64,000 nt of DNA, taken from positions 192,290 through 256,289 of the IMG/VR virus record IMGVR_UViG_3300050156_000143. One strand, given 5' to 3'. Below are positions 9,137 through 18,658 of this stretch, one piece after another (position 1 is the stretch's first letter; each line of letters begins with the position of its first letter). The notes under the pieces were generated by a model, which did no database searches, was not told where the DNA came from, and saw nothing but the letters and a program-made list of their open reading frames with translations. Origin of the DNA: a virus. The position numbers and the translations under genes are program-made.

Positions 9137-10480
9137 CAGAGAGGTTGTTACACAAATGGCACCTCTTTTGTTTACACTTGTGTCACAATGTTCGTATCGA
9201 CCACACCCAATCCGACCATTGCGCCCCATATGATCAAAACAAGCAAGCACGCGATCAAATTTGCAAATCCCGGTAAACAACTAAAGTTACAGGAATTCTT
9301 GCGTGTTTATAATTTGGCACTCCAATTTTACATTGATTATTTCTGGGAAACGCGGATACAGTGGGGAAAGACGGTTATGGACATCAAGCGCAACAAACTA
9401 GATGTTCCACCGTTTATTAGTACCGCATTATTACCAAAACCGTATCCTGACCTTAGTGCTAGGGTAATCGGGATCATTGCGTCCGAAGCATTGGGCGTCA
9501 TTAAGACACAAACAGAACGCCGCAAAAAACAGCTTTATGTGTTGGCCACTAAAATGCGAGTTGGCGACGCCCAATCAATCAAACGGTTACAGTCCAGAAT
9601 AGATTCGGCGACGTTGATGAAACCAGACCGATCTGGCTGTGCGACTGCGACTCTGAATATCAACTGCTGTGAATTTGTGAAAACTGACACCCATTTTGAT
9701 GGGTTTTTGAAGTTGAAGAGTATTGGCAAATCTTTTGGGACAATTTGTATCCCGGTTGTATTTACCAAGCACACCAATTCGTTGATTTCTAAAAACTACC
9801 GTCAAATGACGACTTGGCGAGTATCGTCTGATTTTGTCGTGAGCACATGTTTATCTCTGTCAGACGGGCAGTCCACACAAAAATGTCCACACGGGCATGA
9901 TTTGGCATCGATTTTGGATAAAATGGCCCGCAAGAGGCGCGGCAGCTTGGCAGCCAAGCGGTGCCAGGATCATCGCAAGAATTACATCAACTACTCAATA
10001 AACCGACTTAATTTACATAATGTATCAGAGCTGCGTTTGGAGAAATTGCGTCAAATGCGGGCTGGACACCGAACCAGTACGGCGTTAACTCACTGGACTT
10101 ACACCCAAATAAATGCACAGATAACTAGCCGTTGCGCAGAGCTGGGTGTCCCAGTTATTGAACAATCGGCGACTTATCGTAGTCAACGGTGCAGTAGTTG
10201 TGGGTGGACACAAAAATCCAACCGGAAGAGAAAGGAGTTTGTGTGTAAATCGTGTGGTCAAATACACGACGCAGATACAAATGGCGCTCTTAACCATGAA
10301 GCTGACATATATCGGCTCCCGTTTGGTTTCTACAAATTTAAGCACAATATCAGAGGATTCTTTTGGACAGCTTCTGGCGTTTGCGACGAATTTGGTCGGG
10401 CACTTACAGTTCCCGACGTGCAAAATGAGTGAGTCACGTAGCAACGAGGCGAACTTGAACTGTAGCTGTAGCATGTGCAA
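9137..10480 (+). mobile_element. solo TnpB element or remnant (no TnpA)
   Basis: GAGGT/ACCTC hairpin at ~9137-9170 upstream; structured 3' end at 10400-10480; boundaries approximate. Confidence 0.4.
9230..10432 (+). CDS. tnpB: TnpB (IS200/IS605-family RNA-guided nuclease homologue), RuvC-I motif missing
   Basis: LSLSDG, RKRRGS, RuvC-II LRLEKL, SQRCSSCG...CKSCG zinc ribbon, RuvC-III DADTNG; no GxDxG; likely start ATG 9230 (track start 9188). Confidence 0.85.
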   Translation: MIKTSKHAIKFANPGKQLKLQEFLRVYNLALQFYIDYFWETRIQWGKTVMDIKRNKLDVPPFISTALLPKPYPDLSARVIGIIASEALGVIKTQTERRKKQLYVLATKMRVGDAQSIKRLQSRIDSATLMKPDRSGCATATLNINCCEFVKTDTHFDGFLKLKSIGKSFGTICIPVVFTKHTNSLISKNYRQMTTWRVSSDFVVSTCLSLSDGQSTQKCPHGHDLASILDKMARKRRGSLAAKRCQDHRKNYINYSINRLNLHNVSELRLEKLRQMRAGHRTSTALTHWTYTQINAQITSRCAELGVPVIEQSATYRSQRCSSCGWTQKSNRKRKEFVCKSCGQIHDADTNGALNHEADIYRLPFGFYKFKHNIRGFFWTASGVCDEFGRALTVPDVQNE

Positions 10481-10570
10481 TCTGATAATTCCCATGTAAT
10501 CACATTGGGTTTACACGTTCATCGTGGTGCGTGATACGATAGGGACACATCACCAAATGGAGCTAAGATC

Positions 10571-10759
10571 ATGGAAATCATTGTTAAAAAAGTTAAGCTG
10601 TCTGTTTGGATGATCAAACAATTTCAGCATGCAACTTTTGAACAACTGGAGACCGCCAAGGTATTGGGGTTTGTGTGCAACATCGTTAAGGGTGAGTATA
10701 AGGCCATGCTGTTGGAGCAAAATGGTCAGTATTTTCGTATAGAAATGCGATCCATTTAG
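10571..10759 (+). CDS. hypothetical protein
   Basis: GGAG SD. Confidence 0.5.
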   Translation: MEIIVKKVKLSVWMIKQFQHATFEQLETAKVLGFVCNIVKGEYKAMLLEQNGQYFRIEMRSI

Positions 10760-11097
10760 CTTGCATTCCAGGACAACTACCAAAACGTTGTCCTCGACTA
10801 CGCCAGCAATCGAGTGGTTACAGGCATATAATAGTGCCCGTGAAAAGTGTGTGGAACAATTGTTTGTTTAATTTTAGAAAGTGTGGATAACATCATGGAA
10901 AATACTATTTCGTTTATTTTTTGCGCGGCGATTGCAATGGAATGTGTTGTGGCTACGATTCAGCACAATAGCTCATCAAATACGCCAAAATTTGAACTAT
11001 CGCCGACTTGCCTGCGTCGGGTGCAGTTGGCATCATATTTGTTGCTTGCTAAGTGGATTTTGACTTCAATTTTGGGTGTAATCGGTGCATTGTGAGT

Positions 11098-11535
11098 ATG
11101 CCGCTAATAGCAAATGACACAAAACATCCGTTTCGTTTGGTTCGAGTGTGGGTCGAGGAGATATTATCATGTTCAAAGTGCCCTTCGTTTATCGTAAGTG
11201 GCAATAGCGCGATATGCGACGATGCCATGTTCGCCAAAATCACGGGCAGTAACACATTGAGCGAGAGCTTTGGTTCTAGCATTGACCTAAATTGTCCATT
11301 TAGAACGGATGTGAAAGAACAATTTTGCCAAAGTGAGTTCACTCGTTTACTCAACTTGATTTCCAATATTGAACTAACACCAGCCCAACAGCTTGACGTG
11401 AAATATTCCAAGTTTGGCAAGACCAATGACTGTACGGGTTTTTGGCAATGGGACAACGAAACCTTGCTCAACACATTCGATGACATCAAAAAACTAGAAC
11501 GCTTTTATCAACATCTAACCACGAAAGACTCCTAA
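11098..11535 (+). CDS. hypothetical Cys-rich protein, paralogue of 11537
   Basis: EILSCSKCP...LTP.QQL...WQWD...FY. Confidence 0.5.
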   Translation: MPLIANDTKHPFRLVRVWVEEILSCSKCPSFIVSGNSAICDDAMFAKITGSNTLSESFGSSIDLNCPFRTDVKEQFCQSEFTRLLNLISNIELTPAQQLDVKYSKFGKTNDCTGFWQWDNETLLNTFDDIKKLERFYQHLTTKDS

Positions 11536-11536
11536 C

Positions 11537-11971
11537 ATGGCTTTCAAATTTGACCACAAGGTCGAGATCACTTCTTGTATGCGGTGCCCCAATCATTCAA
11601 ACAGCACTCAAGAACACGATTGCGCCTTCACCTCTGCCCCATATCCATCTACTGACTATTGCAACCACGGTCTTTACCGCACCATGTATGGCACACGGAT
11701 TCTCCATGAAACCAACCTGTATTCAACGATTAGCGAAAAGTGCCCAGAACGCCCTGAAGTAATCGAGTACCACAATAAGCGCCAATTTATCAACACTGAC
11801 CTGATTAAATTGACACCAACCATTCAGCAGCTCTCCAATGTCAAAATTGCAGCGTATGGTGAGCTGGATAGTAAAACCAAAGAGTGGCAATGGGATACAG
11901 CAAAGTTGATGCGCCATTTTAATTACTACGAGTTAGTCGATTTTTATAATTACGTATGTCGAAATGAATGA
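11537..11971 (+). CDS. hypothetical Cys-rich protein, paralogue of 11098
   Basis: EITSCMRCP...LTP..QQL...WQWD...FY. Confidence 0.55.
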   Translation: MAFKFDHKVEITSCMRCPNHSNSTQEHDCAFTSAPYPSTDYCNHGLYRTMYGTRILHETNLYSTISEKCPERPEVIEYHNKRQFINTDLIKLTPTIQQLSNVKIAAYGELDSKTKEWQWDTAKLMRHFNYYELVDFYNYVCRNE

Positions 11972-12212
11972 ACACAAACGCCCCACTTCAAAGACCCCAC
12001 AACTGGTTAGCATTCGTGTCAACCCTCCAAAAAACGGTGATAAACTACTTGCTCTGAGCAAAGGTGGTAGACTGTTAGAGACAGTGTGGGGCCAAAATAG
12101 TCACCACACTTTCATCGCCACCATGCCTTACCCTGATTTGTCAGATGATCTGAAACACGAACTGTATCTGGCTTATCTCTCACCCCCCACTGTTACTCCA
12201 CATATTTCCTGA
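11964..12212 (+). CDS. hypothetical protein
   Basis: ORF overlapping upstream stop. Confidence 0.45.
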   Translation: MNEHKRPTSKTPQLVSIRVNPPKNGDKLLALSKGGRLLETVWGQNSHHTFIATMPYPDLSDDLKHELYLAYLSPPTVTPHIS

Positions 12213-12223
12213 AAGGAACGACC

Positions 12224-12811
12224 ATGCTGATTCCAACCGTTATCGAGCAATCTGGCAATTCTGAACGCGGTTTTGACATCTTTAGTCGCATGTTGCGCGA
12301 CCGGGTAGTGTTTTGCAACGGGCAAGTAACACAAGAGCTTGCAAACGTTGTGGTGGCACAATTGCTCTACCTTGAGAGCGAAAGTTCAACCAAAGACGTT
12401 ACGTTGGTTGTTGCTGGCCCAGGTGGCAGTATTGATGCTGGCATGCAAATTGTTGACACCATGAATTTCATTTCGTGTGATGTTTCGACCCATGCGATGG
12501 GTATGGTGGCGTCAATGAGTTCGTTTATCGCGGCGAGTGGTGCCAAAGGTAAGCGCTATATCATGCCTAATACGCGCCACATGATTCATCAGCCACTTGG
12601 CGGCGCAGAAGGTCAAGCCACCGATATCGCCATCACTGCGAAAGAAATTTTGCGCATTAAGGAAAACATGAACCGACTATACGCGCAATATACCAACCAA
12701 CCTTATGACACAATTTGTCAAGATACCGAGCGAGACTTTTATATGTCGGCCCAACAATCCGTGGAGTACGGCCTGGCTGACCAAATTATCAGCAAACGGG
12801 GCCAACAATGA
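12224..12811 (+). CDS. clpP: ATP-dependent Clp protease proteolytic subunit
   Basis: LIPTVIEQ..ER.FDIFSR.L.DR, ASM (Ser), MIHQP (His), ERD (Asp); AAGGA SD. Confidence 0.95.
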   Translation: MLIPTVIEQSGNSERGFDIFSRMLRDRVVFCNGQVTQELANVVVAQLLYLESESSTKDVTLVVAGPGGSIDAGMQIVDTMNFISCDVSTHAMGMVASMSSFIAASGAKGKRYIMPNTRHMIHQPLGGAEGQATDIAITAKEILRIKENMNRLYAQYTNQPYDTICQDTERDFYMSAQQSVEYGLADQIISKRGQQ

Positions 12812-12932
12812 AAACCATGATCGCAATTGTGTGTATCACGTTGTCAGCATGTGCAACCCATCGCGCTGATGATGTTTCGGTACAGTGCAACAAATTTCAC
12901 ACGCAGTATGACTGCTATCGCGCCATTAACAA

Positions 12933-13658
12933 ATGAAAACCATGCTCAAAACTACCAAAGACGTTGAACAAGAGATTGGTAAAGTTAAACTTGCTTTGAC
13001 CAAAACTCTGCAAACGGAAAAACTACCTGACTTCAAAATTGAGGTCAAAATGGCGGCAGACGTAAGCGGCAGTTTTGCTGATGAGTATGCCAACAAATTG
13101 GTTGATCCGTTTTTTGACGCTGCTATTAGCATCGCTCAAGTTGTTGACCCCGACAAATTGGTTCAAATTGTTGCGTTTAGTAGCGAGGCATTTGATACCG
13201 GCGATTATGGCGTAGATGATGCGAAGGACGTGAAAACAGAATTTTTGCGACGGGTTCCCGCCAGTATGTTATGGCGTGGCACAAACTATGGGCGTGCGTT
13301 AGAGGCCTTCAACGTTGATGCCCCAAAGTCCACAGGTTTGTTCAGCGGGTTGTTTGGTGCCAAGAAAACTGTCGTCAATTCGCCGACGATTTTGCTGTTC
13401 TTGACTGACGGCGAAGATGGTGGAAACGAGGCAACTTTTTTGCGCAATTTGTCTCTCATGGTGGCCAGCAATTACTTCATTGTGCTAATCGGTGCCAACA
13501 ATGATTCCCGCCAAGATTTCGCCACCTTGGTCAAAGCTGATGAACAAATTGAGGGCGTATCGTTTCACAAATTGTCAGATTTGAAGTCACTGTCCACCGA
13601 CAAACTGTACCAACAGATTTTTAACCAGGAGTTCACTAAATGGTTCACCAAGAACTGA
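12933..13658 (+). CDS. vWA domain protein (TerF-like vWA)
   Basis: MIDAS DVSGS, GTNY, FLTDG; beside TerC/TerD-like genes. Confidence 0.75.
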   Translation: MKTMLKTTKDVEQEIGKVKLALTKTLQTEKLPDFKIEVKMAADVSGSFADEYANKLVDPFFDAAISIAQVVDPDKLVQIVAFSSEAFDTGDYGVDDAKDVKTEFLRRVPASMLWRGTNYGRALEAFNVDAPKSTGLFSGLFGAKKTVVNSPTILLFLTDGEDGGNEATFLRNLSLMVASNYFIVLIGANNDSRQDFATLVKADEQIEGVSFHKLSDLKSLSTDKLYQQIFNQEFTKWFTKN

Positions 13659-13850
13659 AATCAATTGCGGACTATATTGCTGAACAAATTCTGGCCAATG
13701 GTGGCGAAGAAGGTGTCCACTGGCGTAATGCCCTAGTGAAAATCATGGCGGACAAATTGGGGATATCGACTGAACATGTTGACCAAACCTTAGACGACCA
13801 GATTGACGGAGCGTTGGCTATCAATCTTGGGTTGATGGAGGAAAATACTG

Positions 13851-14069
13851 ATGGAATGTGACCGCATTGAAGTGGAATCGATGGCAGCTTTTTCTCAGTA
13901 TAACTGTGGATCGTATCCTGGTTTATGGAGTGGACGACTGGTAAAAACCACGATCAATGGCGTTCGATATTTAGTAACTATGCCAATATATTGCAAGGGA
14001 GTAAATGTCCCAGTGACCGTTACGTGTAACGATGGTGTCTATGTTGTTGTGAATAAGGAATCACTATGA
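13851..14069 (+). CDS. hypothetical protein
   Basis: GGAGG SD; overlaps next start. Confidence 0.45.
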   Translation: MECDRIEVESMAAFSQYNCGSYPGLWSGRLVKTTINGVRYLVTMPIYCKGVNVPVTVTCNDGVYVVVNKESL

Positions 14070-15079
14070 AAAGCAATTTGGATTATTTTAAGGGCAGCAT
14101 CGCATTTGCCGTGCTCACCCTAATTTTGGTGGCGTCATACGGCGCATCTATTAGTTTGGCAGCAGCCGTGAGCTTCACGGTGTCTGCCATGATTTTGGCC
14201 ATTTTGGAGACCACAGTGTCTCTAGATAACGCCATTTTGAACGCCACGGTGTTGAAACACATGAGCGCATTTTGGCGAAAAATGTTCCTCACCGTGGGCA
14301 TATTCATCGCGGTATTTGCTGTGCGAATGGTGTTGCCCATCATGATTGTCAAATTCACTGGCAATGTGACTTTCATGGATGCGATCACAATTCCATTCAA
14401 TGATCCGGCGCGATATGCGCAAATCATGCACGATGCTCACATTTCTATTCTTGGGTTTGGTGCGACATTTTTGTTGATGGTAGTGGCGACTTATTTCTTC
14501 AACATTGACAAATCCCACCACTGGATTCACCACGTTGAATCGAAGTTGACACAACTCCCAGTTACGCCAGTGGTGTTGATGGTAGTGGTGGTGATTGGGT
14601 ATTTTGTCGAGTTGGACAAACTTGGTGCATATTTTATCAGTTCAGCAATTGGTTACGGTGTATACCAAACTATGCACCTTATCAAGGCATGGCTGGGGGG
14701 CAAAGACTTGTCCACCGCTGTTGCAAAAAATGGCCTAATCGGGTTCGCATACCTTGAACTGTTAGACGCTAGTTTCAGCCTTGACGGCGTGGTGGCAGCG
14801 TTTGCAATCACCAATATGTTCATCATCATTGCAGCGGGCCTTGGAATTGGGGCTATGTTTGTGCGATCAATGACTGTGTATTTGGTGGACAAAGAAACGC
14901 TGGAACAGTATGAATTCCTGGAGCATGCGGCATATTGGGCCATTGCGGCGTTGGTTGTGATCATGTATCTGGGTATTTTGCACATCGAAGTGGGCGAAAT
15001 TGTTGCAGGGTTAACCTCCGCAGCAATTATCGCTGCTGGGGTGTGGTCATCTATTCGCAAAAACCGTATTTCAAACTGA
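14066..15079 (+). CDS. TerC-like integral membrane protein (DUF475)
   Basis: LETTVSLDNAILNA, YLELLDASFSLDGVVAAFAIT, LEHAAYWAI; multiple TM helices. Confidence 0.85.
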   Translation: MKSNLDYFKGSIAFAVLTLILVASYGASISLAAAVSFTVSAMILAILETTVSLDNAILNATVLKHMSAFWRKMFLTVGIFIAVFAVRMVLPIMIVKFTGNVTFMDAITIPFNDPARYAQIMHDAHISILGFGATFLLMVVATYFFNIDKSHHWIHHVESKLTQLPVTPVVLMVVVVIGYFVELDKLGAYFISSAIGYGVYQTMHLIKAWLGGKDLSTAVAKNGLIGFAYLELLDASFSLDGVVAAFAITNMFIIIAAGLGIGAMFVRSMTVYLVDKETLEQYEFLEHAAYWAIAALVVIMYLGILHIEVGEIVAGLTSAAIIAAGVWSSIRKNRISN

Positions 15080-15089
15080 AAGGAATATC

Positions 15090-15689
15090 ATGTTAAAAAT
15101 CACAAAAGATCAAAAACTACCATTGGTGAAAGGTGGCGCTAAATTGACCAAAATTCGGTTGGAACTATCTTGGAGTCCACCGACTATCAATACGACCGGA
15201 TACGCCTATGATTTTGATATCAGCGCCTTATTGACCGACTCCTCAAAAACTGGGAATTGCGACATGGGCGTGAGCATTGGCAATCAATGGATATGTTACT
15301 GGGGACAACAAAATACCCCATACGCAAACCATATCAAGGGCGATAACCGCAATGGTGTTGGTGTTGGTGCTGATGAAATTGTGGAAATCGATTTCGCACA
15401 AATTCCGCAAAATGCTGACCGAGTGCCATGTGTTATCACTATTGACAAAGCGATTGCTCAAAACCAATGCTTCGATCATTGTGGTGATGCGACCGCTGTG
15501 GTGTTTGATTCAGCGTCGAATACCCCAATTGCCACCATTGTGTTGAGCAAGTTGGACAAAGGTTCCACCAGCGCCTTGTTGGGGTGTTTCAAACGAGACA
15601 GCGGTGGCTGGACATTTGAGAACGCATCGACTGGATTTGTGGATAAGGAATTGGTTGACTTTTTTATGTTGTTTGGATGTGAACTATGA
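15090..15689 (+). CDS. TerD-family protein
   Basis: L.W...YDFDISA, GDNRNG.G.GADE, C-terminal W.F. Confidence 0.75.
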   Translation: MLKITKDQKLPLVKGGAKLTKIRLELSWSPPTINTTGYAYDFDISALLTDSSKTGNCDMGVSIGNQWICYWGQQNTPYANHIKGDNRNGVGVGADEIVEIDFAQIPQNADRVPCVITIDKAIAQNQCFDHCGDATAVVFDSASNTPIATIVLSKLDKGSTSALLGCFKRDSGGWTFENASTGFVDKELVDFFMLFGCEL

Positions 15690-16243
15690 ACTTGTATCTA
15701 GACTGTGAATTCAACGAGTTCAAGGGTGAACTCATATCGATGGCGCTAGTGTCAAATTCTGGACATGAATGGTACGAAGTGTTGGAATGCAACCGTCCGA
15801 AACCTTGGGTCAAACAGCATGTCATTCCAGTGCTGAATAAGGATGCAGTCACGATTGACAAATTTCAACAAAGTTTGCGGAACTTTCTGGGTCAATTTTC
15901 TACCATTCATGTGGTCGCAGACTGGCCAGAAGATATTGCTCATTTTTGCAACGCCTTGATTACTGGCCCTGGTGAACGAATGAATACCCCGCCGTTAACT
16001 ATGGAAGTCAAGCGGGTAGATTGTGCCAGCAAAATCCCTCATAATGCGCTAAGTGATGCTCGTGGCATCCGTGATGAGTTATGTAAGCCAACCGAATTGA
16101 CCAAACAATATGACACCGGAAACGGTTGGCCAGTCAGAGTTGTGGCCGATTTGTCGGGATACACCTTGCATTTTGCTGACCACACATCATCGACAAAAGA
16201 GCATAATGCAACGATGGACGAGAGGGGGTTGCTGAAATTATGA
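15686..16243 (+). CDS. DEDDh 3'-5' exo(ribo)nuclease
   Basis: YLDCEF, LISMALV, ADWPEDI, HNALSDA. Confidence 0.75.
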   Translation: MNLYLDCEFNEFKGELISMALVSNSGHEWYEVLECNRPKPWVKQHVIPVLNKDAVTIDKFQQSLRNFLGQFSTIHVVADWPEDIAHFCNALITGPGERMNTPPLTMEVKRVDCASKIPHNALSDARGIRDELCKPTELTKQYDTGNGWPVRVVADLSGYTLHFADHTSSTKEHNATMDERGLLKL

Positions 16244-16364
16244 GCATCTTTCCGGGTGCTGTGGAGTTCAAGCGCAAAAAGCGTTAACCCCACTCGTTGG
16301 TCAGGAATTGACAATGACTTCTGACGGTGTGCTATGATGAACACCATCAACACGTAAATACATC

Positions 16365-16550
16365 ATGAAAACTTCAGAAGTCACCCAACCCTCTCTCAAA
16401 ATTTTGGCCGAAACCTTTGATCAAACTCAGTCTGGATTCTTGACGGAAGACCTGATCAATGTCACTCAAGTGGTGAAATGGTCTGCACCAATGTCTAGCG
16501 ACGATTTGGATTGCTTTTTGCAACAATGTGGGGTCAATCTTGAAGGTTGA
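16365..16550 (+). CDS. small protein, candidate antitoxin
   Basis: TAAATA-N4-ATG; overlaps downstream RelE/YafQ-like ORF. Confidence 0.45.
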   Translation: MKTSEVTQPSLKILAETFDQTQSGFLTEDLINVTQVVKWSAPMSSDDLDCFLQQCGVNLEG

Positions 16551-16881
16551 ATTCCAAGTTTGTGACCTGTTTGTAAAAACGCTGAAAGCAAACCCGCAAG
16601 TTGTAAAAACGTTTATGCAATTCAAGGCGGCAAAAGCAACAAATCCTACCGCAGCATTTGGATCAAGTGATTACCCTTTCAGGCATTCTTTTCTGAAGGG
16701 GTATATTCACGCCAAATTGACATTCGATGTGTCTATCATATACAGCATTTCCGGCGGTGATTCAAAGGTGATAAAACTTTATGGGATTTTTAGCCACGAT
16801 GATTCTGGAACGGGTCAACCGCCTAATCTCAATCGTCAACAATCCCTTGGTAAAAAACTTGGAAATCAGCAGTTCACATGA
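16528..16881 (+). CDS. RelE/YafQ-like mRNA interferase
   Basis: DYPF...LKGYIHAKLT.DVSIIY...LYGIFSHDD resembles YafQ DHxL...H...D..LIY...GSH; start may be TTG 16540. Confidence 0.55.
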   Translation: MGSILKVEFQVCDLFVKTLKANPQVVKTFMQFKAAKATNPTAAFGSSDYPFRHSFLKGYIHAKLTFDVSIIYSISGGDSKVIKLYGIFSHDDSGTGQPPNLNRQQSLGKKLGNQQFT

Positions 16882-17432
16882 TGCAATATGCAGCCCTACG
16901 CAATTTACGAAAAACCAATATGGTGAACGATGGCACTCGAACGCTGTCTGAATCGATTGTTGTGTGGGAAGTCGGCGTGGCTTTTGATGATTTTGTGAAA
17001 GCCACCAAGGATGAACATTTCGTATTGATCGGTGGGTTGGCGTTGAGCTTTTACGTTAAACCGAGAACGACCACCGATGTTGATGTCTTGTTTTTATCGG
17101 ACGGTGATATTCCAGCGTCATTGGATAAATTTAACCACCACAGTGGTGCGTTTGAGCATAAGATGACTGGTGTTGAGGTTGAAGTTCTATCTCCAACGGC
17201 AATCAATCTGCCTCAACACATTGCAGAACACATTTTTGCAACTGCGCGAAAAGTTGACGGAGTTAAAATTGCCTCACCTGCTGGCCTAGTGGTGTCAAAA
17301 CTCGGGCGCTTCAATCGGCAAGATCAAGCAGACATTGAATCACTGTTGAAATATGAGAAGTTCAACATTGACGAATATCATGTGCCCCCATTGTGGGAAG
17401 AACGGTTTCGGTCAATTGAGGCAACATTATGA
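16878..17432 (+). CDS. Pol-beta superfamily nucleotidyltransferase
   Basis: LIGGLAL...PRTTTDVDV; K..R...QD.ADI. Confidence 0.7.
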   Translation: MMQYAALRNLRKTNMVNDGTRTLSESIVVWEVGVAFDDFVKATKDEHFVLIGGLALSFYVKPRTTTDVDVLFLSDGDIPASLDKFNHHSGAFEHKMTGVEVEVLSPTAINLPQHIAEHIFATARKVDGVKIASPAGLVVSKLGRFNRQDQADIESLLKYEKFNIDEYHVPPLWEERFRSIEATL

Positions 17433-17857
17433 GCAATTTGATGGAATCTGCCAGGTCATTGATGTTACTGGCTCACAAGGGCCAACGGGATCGGGGCGGA
17501 AAACCGTATCACCTTCATCCCGAACATGTTGCGAATAGCTTATGCACTGATGATGAAGAATTGTTTTGTATCGCATTACTGCACGATGCCAAAGAAGATG
17601 GTGGGATCACTGATGAAATGATGTCAGCTCACGGTATGACTCCCCGTGTGGTGGCCGGGGTAAACGCATTGACTAAAATCCCCGGACAGTCGTTGGAAGA
17701 ATATAAAACCACTGTGATGAGTAATGCCGATGCGACCATAGTTAAACGCGCCGACTTGACGCACAACATGGATTTGACCAGACTGAAAAAAATTACCCAA
17801 AAAGATATTGACAGAAATGTGCAGTATCAAAGTTTCTTAAACCAGCTCAACCAATAG
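17429..17857 (+). CDS. HD-domain small alarmone hydrolase-like protein (RelA/SpoT HD, Mesh1-like)
   Basis: AHKGQ.D..GKPY..HP..VA, ALLHD..ED, VK.ADL.HN. Confidence 0.8.
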   Translation: MSNLMESARSLMLLAHKGQRDRGGKPYHLHPEHVANSLCTDDEELFCIALLHDAKEDGGITDEMMSAHGMTPRVVAGVNALTKIPGQSLEEYKTTVMSNADATIVKRADLTHNMDLTRLKKITQKDIDRNVQYQSFLNQLNQ

Positions 17858-17867
17858 GAGAGCAATT

Positions 17868-18632
17868 GTGGACTATGCTGATCGCTTAAAATCACTCGAT
17901 CTTAAATACAAAATTGGTATCGGGGTCGCCCTCATCGTGCTGGCACCAGCACTTATCCTGTTATTGAAGTCGTTGATTGCCACCATCGCCATTGGTGCAG
18001 TGTGTCTAGCAACGATCAATTTTGCACCAGTTTTCTCGCAGAAACTGGCAAATTGGAAGTTGGCGGCAACCATTGATGAAGCGCGTAAACGTCCAATCAT
18101 CGATGCGACCAGCGTGTTGGATAAAAAGCAACGCGAATTCGATGAATCGGTCATCAAGGTAAAAGCCGCAACGGGCGCACGTGATACTTTTATCGAAAAA
18201 TGTCGTGAATTCTCCAAACAATACCCCCACCGGGCAGATGAGTTTCACAAACGTGCGGAACAATTTGCAATTCGGGTGGAGAAGCTGAAAGTTAAATTGG
18301 CTGAGTTCAAAGTCACCATTGACAATGGTCGCAAGGTGGTGCAGGAAATGAGCGCCTATTATGAAATGACCAAGGCACTGGATGCAGCGAATGCCGCTAT
18401 CAATATGGGTGAAATGAACTCAAGCGACCAGATTCGTCTGGATACTGCTTGGAACAGTGTGTTGCAACAAATGAATAGCTCGTTTGCTGATTTGGAGATT
18501 GCGGAGGCTCTGGCAAAAGACCCGGAAGCACCACTTCCAGCTCAACCTACGTCACCAAAGATGCCGCAACTTGAACAGCCACAGGTGAACCCTGCTGCCG
18601 GACTGTTTGCCAAAATGAAACAATCTCGGTAA
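17868..18632 (+). CDS. membrane-anchored coiled-coil protein (possibly PspA-like)
   Basis: two N-terminal TM helices then long helical region; AGGAG SD. Confidence 0.5.
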   Translation: MDYADRLKSLDLKYKIGIGVALIVLAPALILLLKSLIATIAIGAVCLATINFAPVFSQKLANWKLAATIDEARKRPIIDATSVLDKKQREFDESVIKVKAATGARDTFIEKCREFSKQYPHRADEFHKRAEQFAIRVEKLKVKLAEFKVTIDNGRKVVQEMSAYYEMTKALDAANAAINMGEMNSSDQIRLDTAWNSVLQQMNSSFADLEIAEALAKDPEAPLPAQPTSPKMPQLEQPQVNPAAGLFAKMKQSR

Positions 18633-18658
18633 AACAGTCGGGTATAGCTTGAGCGTCG

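Noticed and set aside
10470..10480. 11-nt match AGCATGTGCAA between the putative TnpB guide region and 12846-12856
   Set aside because: Too short given many possible comparisons; guide boundary and TAM unknown.
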